A stretch of 63,838 nucleotides of DNA, the filler included, from Atractiella rhizophila (taxonomy: Eukaryota): NCBI GenBank assembly GCA_021432655.1. It is 12 parts of 12 records of this genome, joined end to end, with 100 filler letters (N's around TTAATTAATTAA, not from the genome) between each part and the next. Parts side by side here need not be neighbours in the genome. Positions count along the whole stretch, not along the records: positions 1 to 5,631 come from MU272359.1; positions 5,732 to 11,339 come from MU272360.1; positions 11,440 to 17,026 come from MU272361.1; 9 more parts are not named here. One strand, written 5' to 3'. This document shows positions 1 to 12,442 of the stretch, piece by piece (the first letter of the stretch is position 1; every line of letters starts with the position of its first letter). The notes under the pieces are model-generated. The model worked only from the letters and a program-made list of their open reading frames with translations, was not told where the DNA came from and searched no databases. Made by a program: the position numbers and the translations under genes.

Positions 1-45
1 TACGCCTGGGATTTTATCCTTACTTTCCCTAACGAATATAAGTCG

Positions 46-1239
46 CTATGGAAGGCGGACCGCTGGACGCCAGTTCGATTCGCCTTCTTCTTCAACCGGT
101 ATGATCTCATGTGCTAAGTAGGTAGAAGGCTTATGTGAGGGACTTGAAGCTACTGGAGTCTCCTGGTCTTTGTCCAAGCGATGTATCTCGGCTGGTCCGA
201 AATCAACCCAAAGACGTGCGCCAAGATTCACATTCTCGAACCTATTGCGACCACCATTCTCTTTCGTTCGTTCCCTTCTCACAACCCATGTCCGCGGAAA
301 GTGACACAGGTGAATGCTTACAGTGAATTGCAACTTCCTGCTTGGTGCGAGGGTGTGGGTAGTGTGGAACCGTCGGAAATGGATTGCTTGGTTCTTTGCA
401 ACATTTGCAATCTGTGGTACTGCTCTTCAGATCTGGGCATTTGCGCCGAACAAAGCATTGCCTTTGTAAGTTTTCAAGAATTATGAAAGAAACGATAACG
501 GCTCCATAGACTGTCAGGGTTGAAGGGATGCATCACTGCGAGCGGAGGCCAGAGGTCATCTATTTCTTTCTCAACTTGACGCAGCCAAACTGATGCTCCT
601 TACAGCCATGTTTGGGTTTATTGGTTTGTGCTTCAACCGTATCGTATAGTCAGATTGATGGGGCAACTGTAGGGTCCCACTTCTGCTCTATGACGCGACA
701 GCTACGGCATTTATGCTCATGTAAGTCAAATTTAGCATCTTCCTAATTGCTGGTTGTACTAGTTGCTGAATCTCAGTACAGGACACCAATCATTCAGGGA
801 CCTGATCCAACTCGTTCGCGGCTTCTCTCAATCTTCTTACGCGATGGCATCCTCTACTTCATCATCGTATCTCTCTGCAACCTGATCAACGTGATATACT
901 TCTTGTACTGCCCTTCCCGTCTTTCCAAGCCGACCATGTGAACTGACCGCCAACCTGCACAACAGCATCCCTGGACGACCTGACCGAACGTTGAACGGGC
1001 CGCTTACTATAACATTCACCACAATGATGGCTTCTCGCATTGTTCTCCACCTTAGAACTGTGGCTCCCAATCCAAACTCGCAGGAAGGAGGCGGCAAGAG
1101 ACATGGTGAAGGCGGTGGATGCGGGAATGCAGCTCCAAACTTTCGAACACCTGATATGGAGGGGTGGTTGCGTGTCAGTTATCCAGGTGTGATGGTCAAT
1201 GTTGAGACACTCGAAAATGCGGAAAAGAGGTCCGTCTAG
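46..1239 (+). CDS. Multi-exon basidiomycete membrane protein (DUF6533-like, 7TM-type), 5' partial
   Basis: Exon translations WKADRWTPVRFAFFFNR (46-98), IFLRDGILYFIIVSLCNLINV and TTMMASRIVLHLR match the W..W...FFxNR, RDGILYF and SRxxLxLR motifs of this family. GT-AG introns lie between the blocks. Confidence 0.65.
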
Positions 1240-1403
1240 CGCTCACTCTTGCACGTTGACCCGAGATCTCTGATGGAAGAGATAGGGATGAGATTACGAA
1301 GGATTCGGTTCAAGGCTGAAGAGAGGAAAGTTTGTTGGACTGCAGCGAGCATCGTCTGTTGATATCGTCATGTAGTATGTGCGAACTGAATGTTCTGAAC
1401 GTT

Positions 1404-1589
1404 NNNNNNNNNNNNNNNNNNNNNNNNNNNNNNNNNNNNNNNNNNNNNNNNNNNNNNNNNNNNNNNNNNNNNNNNNNNNNNNNNNNNNNNNNNNNNNNNN
1501 NNNNNNNNNNNNNNNNNNNNNNNNNNNNNNNNNNNNNNNNNNNNNNNNNNNNNNNNNNNNNNNNNNNNNNNNNNNNNNNNNNNNNNNNN
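1404..1589. other. Within-scaffold assembly gap (186 N)
   Basis: Run of N with no linker sequence. Confidence 0.95.
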
Positions 1590-1741
1590 GCCGTTGTTAT
1601 ATCTGCGTTTTAGAGTGAGGGGCATCAATGGCCATTGGATGTATCAATCGTTTGTCATTCAAATCGGCTGCTAATGTCCTGAAGAAATAAGGATAGAGAA
1701 GATAGCCGGCTACATTTGATGTCACGTGTATGCTTGTGCTG

Positions 1742-1809
1742 TGACGTCATTACTCCCCTGTCGTCAATTTCGTCAGTGCATCTGAGGTTGGACACTGCAG
1801 ATATAAAAG
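1742..1809 (+). promoter_or_regulatory. Candidate stress promoter: CRE (TGACGTCA), STRE-like CCCCT and TATA box
   Basis: Perfect TGACGTCA at 1742-1749, CCCCT at ~1755 and TATAAAAG at 1802-1809, about 95 bp upstream of ATG 1902. Confidence 0.5.
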
Positions 1810-1901
1810 CGCATACCTGCAAGGGCCTTCCTTCATCAAACCCAATCATTTCAAGTAACACGAAGCCCAAGCACTCAAGCTCAACTCATTGAACAATCAG
1901 C

Positions 1902-2379
1902 ATGTCGAACACTCTTCCCTCCACTGGCAACGAATTCCCTTACCTTGAGCAACCGAATGCTGGAGACCTTCCAACAGAGGCGCAAGCAAACAGCAAAGCG
2001 TGAGTCTGCTCTTGTCCTTCCATCCAAGCTATGGTTGAGAAAGGCTGGACGCAGTTCTTTCGGATCAGTGAAAGAGTTCGGCGGTTATTTAGCTGGGAAC
2101 AAAGACATGGAGGACCGTGGGCGTGTGCAGAAAGAAGCTGGAAGGGTTTGTACTCCCCCACCTCTGCGTGTTCGTTGTCGTCTTAAAGATTTGGGTTGAT
2201 TTTTGCAGGCTGAATATCACAATCCCAATGAAATCGTCCCATCAGGAGCCGAAACGAAAGAGATGGGCTATACCGCGGTCGATAAGGCTGAAGAGCTGAA
2301 GGATGATGCGAGACAGAAGGCGGGAGGAGCAATTGATTCAGTAAAGGATGCGTTAGGTGGAGGAGAGAGGCAGGTCTAA
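1902..2379 (+). CDS. Small CsbD/LEA-like hydrophilin, 119 aa, 3 exons
   Basis: Exons 1902-1999, 2055-2145 and 2209-2379 splice in frame: MSNTLPSTG...SFGSVKEFGGYLAGNKDMEDRGRVQKEAGRAEY...AVDKAEELKDDARQKAGGAIDSVKDALGGGERQV*. CsbD-like and LEA-like repeats are present. The ORF track misses this gene. Confidence 0.7.
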
Positions 2380-2550
2380 GTAGGGAATAGGGGCCTTGTT
2401 CTTGAACAAAGTAAATAGCCAAACAATGTATCATTATTCGCCATGTATTCAAGCTGTAGACTAATCAGCTCGCCTTTGGAATGACGATGACCGTTGTCAC
2501 TGCAACACGTGCATATTACATTTCTATTTCCACATATGGTACGGAGCTCG

Positions 2551-3893
2551 CTACAAACGCAGCAACTTCTCACCCTCACTACTCGCCAAGCCTAAGTCCT
2601 CCCACTCCACTTTCTCTGTCTCCCTCATCTCCTTCAACGCTTGACTAACCTTCTTCTTTTCCTCCTCATTTAATGCCTCCTCATTTCCCTCTCCCTCACT
2701 TCCCACAATCATTAAAATGGCCTTCAAAGCATTCTCGCGATAAATCGCATCCACACCTTCTGAATCGCCATCAGGACCGGTAGGTATCGAGGTGGAAGGA
2801 GAGAGGGAGGAAAGCAAGTCGTGTAGTGGAGAAGGCGGTTTCCGAAGATTCTGAACGAGGGTGGCAGTGGAGGTGGACTGTGTGAGAAGGGTGATTAGGA
2901 GCCATGAGGTGCGACGGCGCATTACAAGTGAGGGATCTAACACGACGTTTTCGTTCTTAATCGCAATACCAGTTGTGAGAAGTGGAGAACGAACCTGTTA
3001 ACCCTCGATGGAGTATTTCGACTCCTTCAGAGTCCAACCACTGCGTAGCGGTCTTCTCGTTGTGCTTCAGGCATCCGGAAATACAGTAGATAGCCTTCGA
3101 ACGCGTCTCAGCTGATGGATTGTCGAGGACGATCGAGTTGAGTAGCGGTAATGGGTTTTGCGCTAGGAACTACGAAATGATCAATCATTAGAAAATTCTC
3201 ATAGCGAACAAAGGAGGACCTACGTGATTTTGCGACTTCTCGTTGTTCTGAATGGCCGTACCACAGATCCAGAGAGCGTTGAATTTGTCGAGGTCATCTT
3301 TTGCTTGTAGAAATTCAATGAGAACAGGCCATAATTTCATGTTCTCAAGATCTGTAAAAGACAATCAGCCGGATTCGTTACCAACTATTGAGTTGTATAC
3401 CATTTGCATTGTCCAGATCTGCCACCAGCTGTGAAAATCAATCAGCGTCCATTTTTTGGAATATCAAACGCTTGAAAGGGCGCAATTGATTTTTCATCTA
3501 CGCTCAGACAGAACTTGCATGCTCTCTGTCGGAAAGCTTATAAAGGACGCATTGCGCTTTTATTCTTGCATAATCGTTCACTGGATCGTAAATGAATTAC
3601 AAATTTTTGACTTCGCCACTCCCGTTTTGCCTCCATAGAGCAAAAGAAGAGCGTACCATCTCAAGGCTCTCCCAAGTCACCTCTCGCTCACTAGCTGGTT
3701 CTCCTTCATCCAAACTCCTCTTGAGTACCTTGAAGCACCGCATGATCTTCTCTGCATCACTTTCCCCCATAATATGCTTCAGCATCTCAGGATTCAAATC
3801 AGGTCTCTTCCCAGCCTGAATTTCTGCATTGAGGGCTGGTAAAGAGTTTGGCGGCGCGTTAGCAAGTCCCCATTGCAAAAGTTGTTGCTCCAT
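2551..3893 (-). CDS. FES1: Hsp70 nucleotide-exchange factor Fes1/HspBP1
   Basis: N-terminal LLQWGLAN and GESDAE motifs. Spliced exons give LDNANDLENMKLWPV, ALWICGTAIQNNEKSQ and RSKAIYCISGCLKHN (ARM repeats). Confidence 0.9.
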
Positions 3894-4913
3894 GTCTGCG
3901 AGTTTAGACTAGTCGTTTGCAAGCAAAACCGATGACAACAGCCCTTTAATAGAGCGCACAGTGGTGAAAATTCTCGATTCTCGAAGAGGCGGGAACAGGC
4001 GAGAAAGCGATCAGTTGGCCATATTTGTGGTTCTTCCCTATCACTTCAAGTTGCAATAGGACTTTTGACGGGATGGTTATGTATTAGTGAGCGCTTCTAT
4101 TATATCAATTTTCTTTAAGTCCCTCATTTAATATTATATTCTAAATTTAACTAAACAACGTTACCTAGCTGAAAGAGGATTAGTGCTGAATTGATGAATG
4201 CTGGGAAGGAGATGCCTGACTTTCTCGGATGGAGGTGCTTTAATCACTCCATTAAATCTTTGCAAGACGTTCTTGTTGAGAGAATAATGTCTGTGAATGG
4301 GAGATTCCAGCCACCTTTCCAGCCTTTGTCCCACTTCAATTACCTTTTGCTTAGGTAACTGGAGTTCAGGCTCAGCTGAGCTCAACGGCATCCAGCGGTC
4401 TTGATGTTTCCAAGCATATTCAAGCTTACTCAAGTCCTCCCAAGTTGTTCTTGTAGCTATTTCCCTGCTCGACACGGACATATGTTTCTAGCTCCTCGAT
4501 TGTTAGAGCTCTCCGCGCCGAGTGCCTTGCTGCTGACAAGCTGTCCGGCTAGAATACTGGCCTACTCAGGTTCGTTGCTCCCGCCGAGGGACGAAACGAA
4601 AGACTGAATGTTACAGACCAGTTACAATTCTTGACCTTCAGACATTCAAATGTACATTCCTCTTGAATTTTGGTGGGTACAAGCCGTGGCTTCAGCTTGC
4701 TAGTTGTCTCGGAATTACATTGCTGAGAAAGACGCCCATGATATTCTAATGCTTTCTCGGCGTTTTGACTTTTGACTTTCACCAGCGGTACCTTATGACG
4801 GCTCGCTCCACCCCTTAGATGAGATGCCGCGATGAAGGGAGATATCTATAAAATGAGATATTTCAACGTTAGATGTTCCATTGCCCACTTCCATATCAAA
4901 GTCAACTTTCAAG

Positions 4914-5631
4914 ATGTCAGTCAACCAGAAAGCCCTTGTCACGCCTTCTATGAAAGGAGGGTTTGTGATTCAAGTGACAGATGTGCCAACTCCTTCTAAA
5001 GGGGAGGTTTTGATAAAGGTTTTGGTTGTGGGATTGAACCCAATGGAATACAAGATGCACGATCGAGCCTTCTGCGTTCCTTCTTTTCCCACTGTGCTCG
5101 GATGCGACATTGCTGGGACTGTCGAAGCTGTCGGAGAGGGTGTAGAGGAATTCAAAGAAGGGGATCGAGTGTACGTCAGTTTCTCTCAACGTATGAGAAG
5201 AGGAGAACTGAACAGAGCATCTCACAGCATGGCTGGAATCGTCGGCGGCGGCTTTCAGCAATACTTGGCTCTGTCAAGCGAAATTGTCTTTCCCGTTCGT
5301 TCCTTCCATGCAACATCAAGTACAGGTCCCTCACTTCTGATTTTACAGGTACCTGACAACATGAGCTTCGAGGAAGCAGCCACGCTCCCGGTATGCTTCG
5401 GTACAGCAGTAATAGGATTAATGGACGAAACCCCCATCGGCTTGGGCCTCAACCCAACTTTCGCGACGGATCAACCCTGCAAGGGCAAATCCGCTCTCGT
5501 CATTGGTGGAAGCAGCAGCGTCGGCCAATACTGTTCGTCTTCATCTCTATCCTTTCCACAAAAAAGCTTTATCTTTTCGACGAACAGGCATTCAAACGCT
5601 AAAGTTCCTCGGTTTCGAAACAATTGTGACA
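4914..5631 (+). CDS. Medium-chain dehydrogenase/reductase (enoyl-reductase-like, GroES fold), 3' truncated by fragment end
   Basis: Motifs GLNPME, VLGCDIAGTVEAVG, FEEAATLP and Rossmann IGGSSSVGQY. TATAAA lies at ~4848. Confidence 0.85.
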
Positions 5632-5731
5632 NNNNNNNNNNNNNNNNNNNNNNNNNNNNNNNNNNNNNNNNNNNNTTAATTAATTAANNNNNNNNNNNNN
5701 NNNNNNNNNNNNNNNNNNNNNNNNNNNNNNN
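5632..5731. other. Artificial scaffold linker N44-TTAATTAATTAA-N44 (first of 11; others start at 11340, 17027, 22705, 28360, 33971, 39578, 45182, 50766, 56349, 61928)
   Basis: Identical 100-bp blocks with stops in all six frames. Genes break at them, and the intervening fragment lengths decrease monotonically. Confidence 0.97.
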
Positions 5732-6096
5732 GAAATATACTTGTGTTCCGTTCATCGTTCAAACCGTTTCGAGTCTCCTCTCCATTTCATTTCATTCCAT
5801 CTCTTTCAAGTTCTTTCTGTAGCCCCATCGATTCAGGATGATTATACGCGGATACTACTTGATACTTGAGTTATAGTACTAACGGTCCAGACATTGGACG
5901 ATGATTGATTTGTCCTCATTTCTTTTTCTCGTTTTGATGATTGTATGAATTGATATGTGAATTGATCCCACATAGCTCCAACGCTCAACGCTCCAACGCG
6001 TCGTCATGCATCATGATGATTGTTTGTTCCAGGTTGTTCACTTCCTTGTTATGATCCAGCGAGGGAAAGGAACGGAACAACAATTGTACAACCAAC

Positions 6097-8566
6097 ATGA
6101 CTTCCATTTCGCCGCCCAGTAGCTCTACTTCCAACACGCCTAGCAGGCCCACAAGCCGTGCTTCACATTTATCTGAAACCTCTGAAAACCCTGCAGCTGA
6201 GCGAGAGTGGACTGCAAAGGAGACGCAAGGTCGTTGTTATCACGCAGGGGCGGAGACCTTTCTAGGGACATTCTTCCCTGCGTATCTGAACAACGAGGAG
6301 CTTGATGAGGAGACATTAATGAATGAATGGTGGCCTAGGATGCAGAAAGGGCCGTTGATCAGAGTGGAAAAGGATATGTATGCAGATATTGTGAGTTGTT
6401 GTTCAAGCCAGAGCTCGAAGTCTGATGGGTGCCTTGCTGTAGGCGGCTTTCATGAACTTCCTTTTCGAGGGTACAGAATTGGAGTTCTTAGACGTCCATT
6501 CACACGAAGATGCTAAGGAGTATGACGGCCGCAAATCGACCAATAAACCTGATTTCATGGCTGTTACGAGGGTCGATGGAAAGACGTGCTGCAGACGCTT
6601 GGCGAGAGAGAAGGGGGATGCAATGTGTTGGGATCACTGTCGATTGGTCGCAGACGCGAAGTTCAAGAACGACGATCCTTATGGCGACAACAACCGGAAC
6701 GACGGCATCAAGCGCACCATGGGTCACGTTCTGCACTACCTGTTGGACGTCACACAGGTTCAGCACCGTACCTCATCCTATCTCATCCTTTTCTTACATG
6801 GAGGAGCGAGAATTGTCCGCTGGAGCCCTAGAGAGCTGATTTATACCGACCTGTTTCCGTTCGAGGACAAAGCAGAGTTCCTCAGGTTCTCTCGGTTCGT
6901 CCATTGCTATGGACTACATGGTATGGACCGCGGTATCGACAAGAATTTCACCAAGCCGACAGAAGAGGATGCGAAGGCGGCGGCGAAATGCTTTTTGGAG
7001 AAGAAATGGATGATCAACGAAGCTGGCTTCGAGAGATCCCAACAGCGGCAGACCCCTGGCAAGTCAAGATTCCCGAATCCTCCCCATCGCGTCACACCAC
7101 CGAGACCAGCCTCTTACCTTTGATTATTTCCCAACCATCAAACGAAAAGGACGGTTTCGAAGACACTGCACCCCCCGTTCACTTGTCACCCGAACATCCT
7201 CGTGCCTCTCAAGATAGAACAATGATCGTTGGACGCGTTGGTGGATATCGCTCGTCACTTTGGGGAAGGAATCCAAAGTATTTCTTGGGATGGGACAAGA
7301 ACGATCCGACATCCATGTACTTCGTCAAGGCTAGTTGGCCTTCTATTGGCGAAGGTCGAGCAGTAGAGTCGACGGTCTACGAGGAGCTTAGGGGTTCCAA
7401 GCATGTTCAACAAATGATTTGTGGTGGACATCCCGAAGGCCCTGAGTACACTACCATAAACGTTCCTGATTGGCAACAGTCGAAGAAGGAACAGTTACCA
7501 GGGCAGGACAACAGATCCGAAGCAGCATACCCGAGCCAGAGACTACACCTTCTCGTTCTGCCCTTCGTTCGCCCTCTGTCTAGCCTGCAGGATGGTTACG
7601 AGCTGCTGGTAGGGATTTATGGAGGACTCCATGGTTTCTTTGTCCCTATACTGAGCTTCACCCTCTCATCTCGTGCTCTATCCAGGCCTTTTGGAGACAT
7701 ACCAGGCGGGGTACCTCCATCGCGACATCAGCGACAGGAATGTGGCTTTAACGTTTCCAGGGGCAGAGGAGCCGACGACACCGAAAGAACAGTCCAAACG
7801 CAAACAGCCCGCAGAACGAGGTCCTGTAAAAGGAATATTGCAGGATTTCGATTTCGCCGTTAAATGCTCGGTAGAGAGAAAGCTTGGAACAAGTCGGGTG
7901 GTGGGTATTGATTTCCCAAAAGTGGCAGAACTCATATGACTGAAGGGAACCTATGTCTTTATGGCGTCACAACTCGTCGATACGGAATCACACTGTCACA
8001 GACTCATTCACGACATCGACTCCTTCTATCATATCTTAGCGATCAACACATATTTTCACCTCCACAAGGATCCACGTTGGAAACCAGAAGAGACCCTTGC
8101 AGGGTACTCTGGCACTTCCGCGGCTTCAGTGAAGAACGCCGAGATATTTGGCGTTAGGCCGAAGTTTCAACGCAAAGAGGTTCGCAACATTCACATTCTG
8201 GGACCTCTTATCTTGCTGTTTCGCCACTTTCTAAAGGCCCATTATAGCAATGAAGATGAAGATGACGACGCCGAACGGAGTTCGTCGTATAAGCAGGGGC
8301 AACCTATTAAGAAAATATGCTGACACCTCAAGATCTTGGATGGATTGAAGCATTGGTTCGAGGGTGAAGCTGGAACGAAATTTATGGATGACATATCGTT
8401 CGAAGGCGAGGAAAATTGCGTGCTTAAATTTCTCATAGACGTCCTACAGCTGCTAATCCAACGATGGGGAGATGATCTGAAAAAGATGAAAGTGGTGAGG
8501 AAGAATTGTGTGGTGGCCTACTTTCAGCTTCGCGCGGAGGCAAATGGTGGATTAATGAGCAGTTAG
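6097..8566 (+). pseudogene. Fungal-type protein kinase (FunK1/Pkinase_fungal), disrupted
   Basis: Motifs NKPDF, YFVKASW, YLHRDISDRNV, GILQDFDFA, GTYVFMASQL and HDIDSFY. Apparent frameshift at the T5 run 6992-6996 and in-frame TGA at 8321-8323, with the ORF continuing to 8566. Confidence 0.75.
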
Positions 8567-9189
8567 AGGCTCATTTTATGACACCGGCCCTCGCGCTCGT
8601 TGGGCTGGGATCATCAAAGGATGAAGTGAAAGTGTGAGCGGCGCGGGGGAAGGGACAGAAACAAGAAAGACCCTCTGAATGGCGTGATAATATCAAGCAA
8701 CTAGCCTGAGTACCGCGTTCAAGGCAAATCAAATCCAACCCCAACATAATTATCTCACTTTGGCTGTACAGCTAGTCTTGATGATATCTTCTTCATTTCT
8801 TCTGTTGCATGCAGGCTCAGCAAACGTGAAGTGGGAATCAACAAGCGATCGCGTCCTCTCCATCCCTTCGAACTTCTGACGGCATTCGACCCAGGAGCCA
8901 ATCCAGCAGCACTCCGAAACCCCATTATGCGCTTCATGGCTTTACGATTTGTGGCAAAGGACTGCGAAAGAGCAAGAGAAGATTGTCAGGAAAACGCGGA
9001 ATCGTTCCTACCAACTAGGCGTGCGACCCTTTCTCCAGACATTCTTCCCTCGGCTTTTCTGAACTTAAAAGAAGAGGCGGAGGAAGAAGAGGACGAGGTT
9101 GGCAACGACAAGTGGAGGGAAAAGAAAGAGAAAACTGCGAACGAAAGTTCGCTGGGATGCATTCTATTGTGAGTGGTTGTTTCATCTCG

Positions 9190-9600
9190 GGTTTGATTTC
9201 ATGGTAGTGCCACAGACGGAGTTCCTTTTCAAAGTAACAGAATTGGGGTCCCAGAGAGGTGATTTATACCGACCGTGCCCCGTTCCAGAATGAAGACGAG
9301 TTCCGTATGTTCTGCCACTTCGTTCGTTTCTATTGTCTGCCCTCTACAGACCGTGGTCTGAAGACGCAGGCGATAGCTGGCATGAGACGTCGATCTCAAG
9401 TCGGTGATCTCCACACATGCCTATGTTGGGACACTTCATCTTGCATTTTCTCGAATTTCTGAAGCCTTGCTATATGAAACCAGAGGAGCAACGACATTGT
9501 GCCACAGTTTGAACGAAGCCCATTTGCAATGTGTGCTTCGAGCTTGGCATTTTGGATGGATTAGAGGATTGGTTCGCTGATGACGCTAGGACGAGTACAG
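9190..9600 (+). pseudogene. Internally deleted, decayed paralog of the upstream FunK1 kinase
   Basis: 9251-9357 (agagaggtgatttataccgacc...gaccgtggt) parallels 6830-6934 (agagagctgatttataccgacc...gaccgcggt). 9548-9595 (ttttggatggattagaggattggttcg) parallels 8334-8380 (tcttggatggattgaagcattggttcg). Confidence 0.7.
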
Positions 9601-10126
9601 AGAAGGCCATGACTGTGGATCGAAGCACGACGAAAGGAAGCAGTAAACTAGTTCCAGTTGACGCGAATCTTCCCTCTCATTACCCTTCACTACCTCTGTT
9701 TTGTCAAACTCTTTGTGGCACCTATAATGTTCATCTTCCTCCTTCTGTCAACAGACGGCCAGTTGAAGACACACTGAAGTTGTACTCCCTATTCTGACAG
9801 CTTTGGAGAGTCACTTTCATTAAAGCTCTACTTCCTGCAGGTCTCTGTAGCTCCTCATACTTGAGCATAATGTGATGATGCTTCGTTATACTAGTCGCGG
9901 TCCAGATTGTTGCATGACGCGGCGTCGATTTGATCGTCAACTCCTCCGGCCAGAAGCAGATGAAGTGCCTGCGAATTACTTAAGCCATTGTCAAGCCGAG
10001 GCCTGAGGAAACTGGAGAATTCTGACTTGCAAAGGGAGGCGATATGCATTGACATTTTGATGGCTTTTCATACAAGGTCGACTATACAGAACAACGGGAG
10101 GTCAAGTACTATTAACTTAGTCAAGG

Positions 10127-11339
10127 TTAGTCAAGGTCCATGGCTAAATCATCGACTCCCAGTCTACCAGCCAGATTCCCAACAGGACCAGCAGCGCCAG
10201 CCTGACTCTTTAGACTCTCCAACAGATTTTTCAGCATCCCGACGTCGACATCCAATTCCTCTCCTTCCCCTTTCACAAGATTTGCAAATTCAGCTTCCAT
10301 CGCTTCTTCATCATCCGAGTCTTCGTCAGCGACCGCTCGCTGCTTGCCTTTCGCAATTGGTGCTTGGAAAAACTTATGTTTCGAAGACTTGACAGCGTTA
10401 GAAGGCCGTGATTCGAATGCTTTCCTCTGTTTCGCCAACTCGGCATCCATAGCGTCCATGAGCTTTTCGAAATTATCTAGCTCCTGATTTCTTTGCTCCA
10501 TTGGTGGAAACTTGTCCTTTACGTCCTTCGCCTTCGTCTTCGATGGGTGATAGGGCATTTCCTTTCCTTCCTCCTTTTCAATGTTTTTGAGCAGCGCATC
10601 CAAAACCTTCATTGACTGCTCATTCAAGAGAGGATGGTCTTTCGGCAAGATATCGGGGAATGCGGACGACTCTGACGGTTTGTTGGAGGTCGATGCGTTG
10701 GGAAGATTCGGTAGGAGATCGATGGGTGGCGGCTCCGTACGCGTTCTCTCTACATGTGCGATCATCTCTTCGTCTGTCGGGAGCTCTGATTTCTTCACTC
10801 TCACTTTCTCCTTATCCTTATCCTTGCCCTTCGCCCGCGATTTTGGGTCAGGAGGGACAAACGCACCCCTTCCCCTTCGCTCGGACAAAATGCCTTCCCA
10901 CTGCGCTTCTCCGATTCCAAGTGCCTCCTTCGCGAAACTCAAAAACTCTTCCATCTCATCACCATCTGCAGCAAACATGTTGTCTTCGTCATCCGAGTCC
11001 GAATCATCTGACACAACACCATCATAGCTCTCTTTCGTCAAAACAGGAGGTTGGGAAGGCCCCGTAACGGAACGACTTGTCTGAGGAGAAGAAGATGATT
11101 TGTTCGGCAGTGTAGGTTTTCGCCCCCATTCAGACGATGGGAGGGGTTCGATGAGTTTATCCTGTGCGGCTCGAAACTCTTCCGCAGTTGGACCTTTCAC
11201 TTCTTCCTCGTCTTCATCTTCCTCGTCCGATTCTTCCTCTCTATTCCTTTGTCAGTAACAATAATAGGAAAAAGAGAATAGTCTGACTCTTTGAAACGTG
11301 CACCTTCCCAGTCGCCTTTCCCTTCCTCAACAAAGCCAC
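10127..11339 (-). CDS. Ecdysoneless/hSGT1 family protein, C-terminal part (5' beyond fragment)
   Basis: The C-terminus DVDVGMLKNLLESLKSQAGAAGPVGNLAGRLG is the Ecd/SGT1 signature, preceded by acidic SDDSDSDDED and LMDAMDAEL segments. Confidence 0.8.
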
Positions 11340-11439
11340 NNNNNNNNNNNNNNNNNNNNNNNNNNNNNNNNNNNNNNNNNNNNTTAATTAATTAANNNNN
11401 NNNNNNNNNNNNNNNNNNNNNNNNNNNNNNNNNNNNNNN

Positions 11440-12442
11440 ATACGCTCAGACGGAAGGCGAAGTCTACGAGTCACTGAAAAAGAACGGAGTACCGCATGTC
11501 CCGAAGCTGGTTGCCCATGGTGATGTTCCGGGGCAGTTAGTTGCAAGTTGCTTTTGGTCCTGGGGGGAAATCACTCCGCCACTATCGTTTAGTTTTAGAC
11601 AAGGTTGTCCGTCCGCTATGGGAGTTTCCATCCACGAAATGTCTAGTTCAGGCCCTTGCTGACACCCTCGAAGGTATGAAGTTTTCTGACAGATGTAATT
11701 CTCATCTAATGAATGTGTACAGCTCATGAGCCTTCGATTCTTCCACAGGCACACCTTTGATTCTTCATCGAGGCATCTCAGGGGGGAATATCCTGTTTGG
11801 CGACAAGGGGGAAGGTTTTCTAGGTGATTGGGAATTGGCTAAGGGGGGAGGGGATTCATCTGACGCGAATGAGCGAACCGTAGGTGTCGATCTTGGATGT
11901 GAATGTGGCTGTTGACCCTTGAACAGGGAACAGAGGAATTCATGACGCTGCGTCTCCTTGAGAGCATGGTGCATGATTCGCCTATAAGACATGAAGTGCA
12001 AGACAACATGGAGTCGTTCGTCTCTGTCCTCTTGTGGATCTCCGCCTCCTATGCGCCGAGCAACATGACTCCCGACCAACGCGGACAATTCCTCTCAAAC
12101 TTTGATAGAGTGCCGCTCGACAAACTTGCAGCATCCATGGATGCAAGAAGAGTCGTGATCGGGTCACAACAGGCTATTAGTGGTCACAAACTCACTGCTA
12201 CGCCAGCGTTTGAGGAGCTTTTCGAAAAAGCGATGACCGTCTTGCGACAATCCATTCTTGGATGGAGTAGAGAGGAAAAAAGGAAGGAGAAGCGGATCAT
12301 CAGGTTAGAATTAGAAAAGCCATTTACAGAGGCGGATGTAGAGGCGACTGCGATTCGAGAGGAAAAAAAGACGCGAGGAAGGATGCTGACACACAAGTAC
12401 TTGCGCGAGATACTGGAGAGTTCACTTATGTCAGGAGACTGA
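11440..12442 (+). CDS. Second FunK1-type kinase, C-lobe; probable pseudokinase (HRG instead of HRD)
   Basis: Motifs VPKLVAHGDV, HYRLVL, ILHRGISGGNIL (11766-11774 cat cga ggc), GDWELA, GTEEFM and DNMESFVSVLLW. 5' truncated by linker. Confidence 0.75.

Noticed and set aside
4161..4782. ORFs between FES1 and the MDR gene
   Set aside because: No recognisable motif or consistent splice model, so they cannot be supported as a gene.
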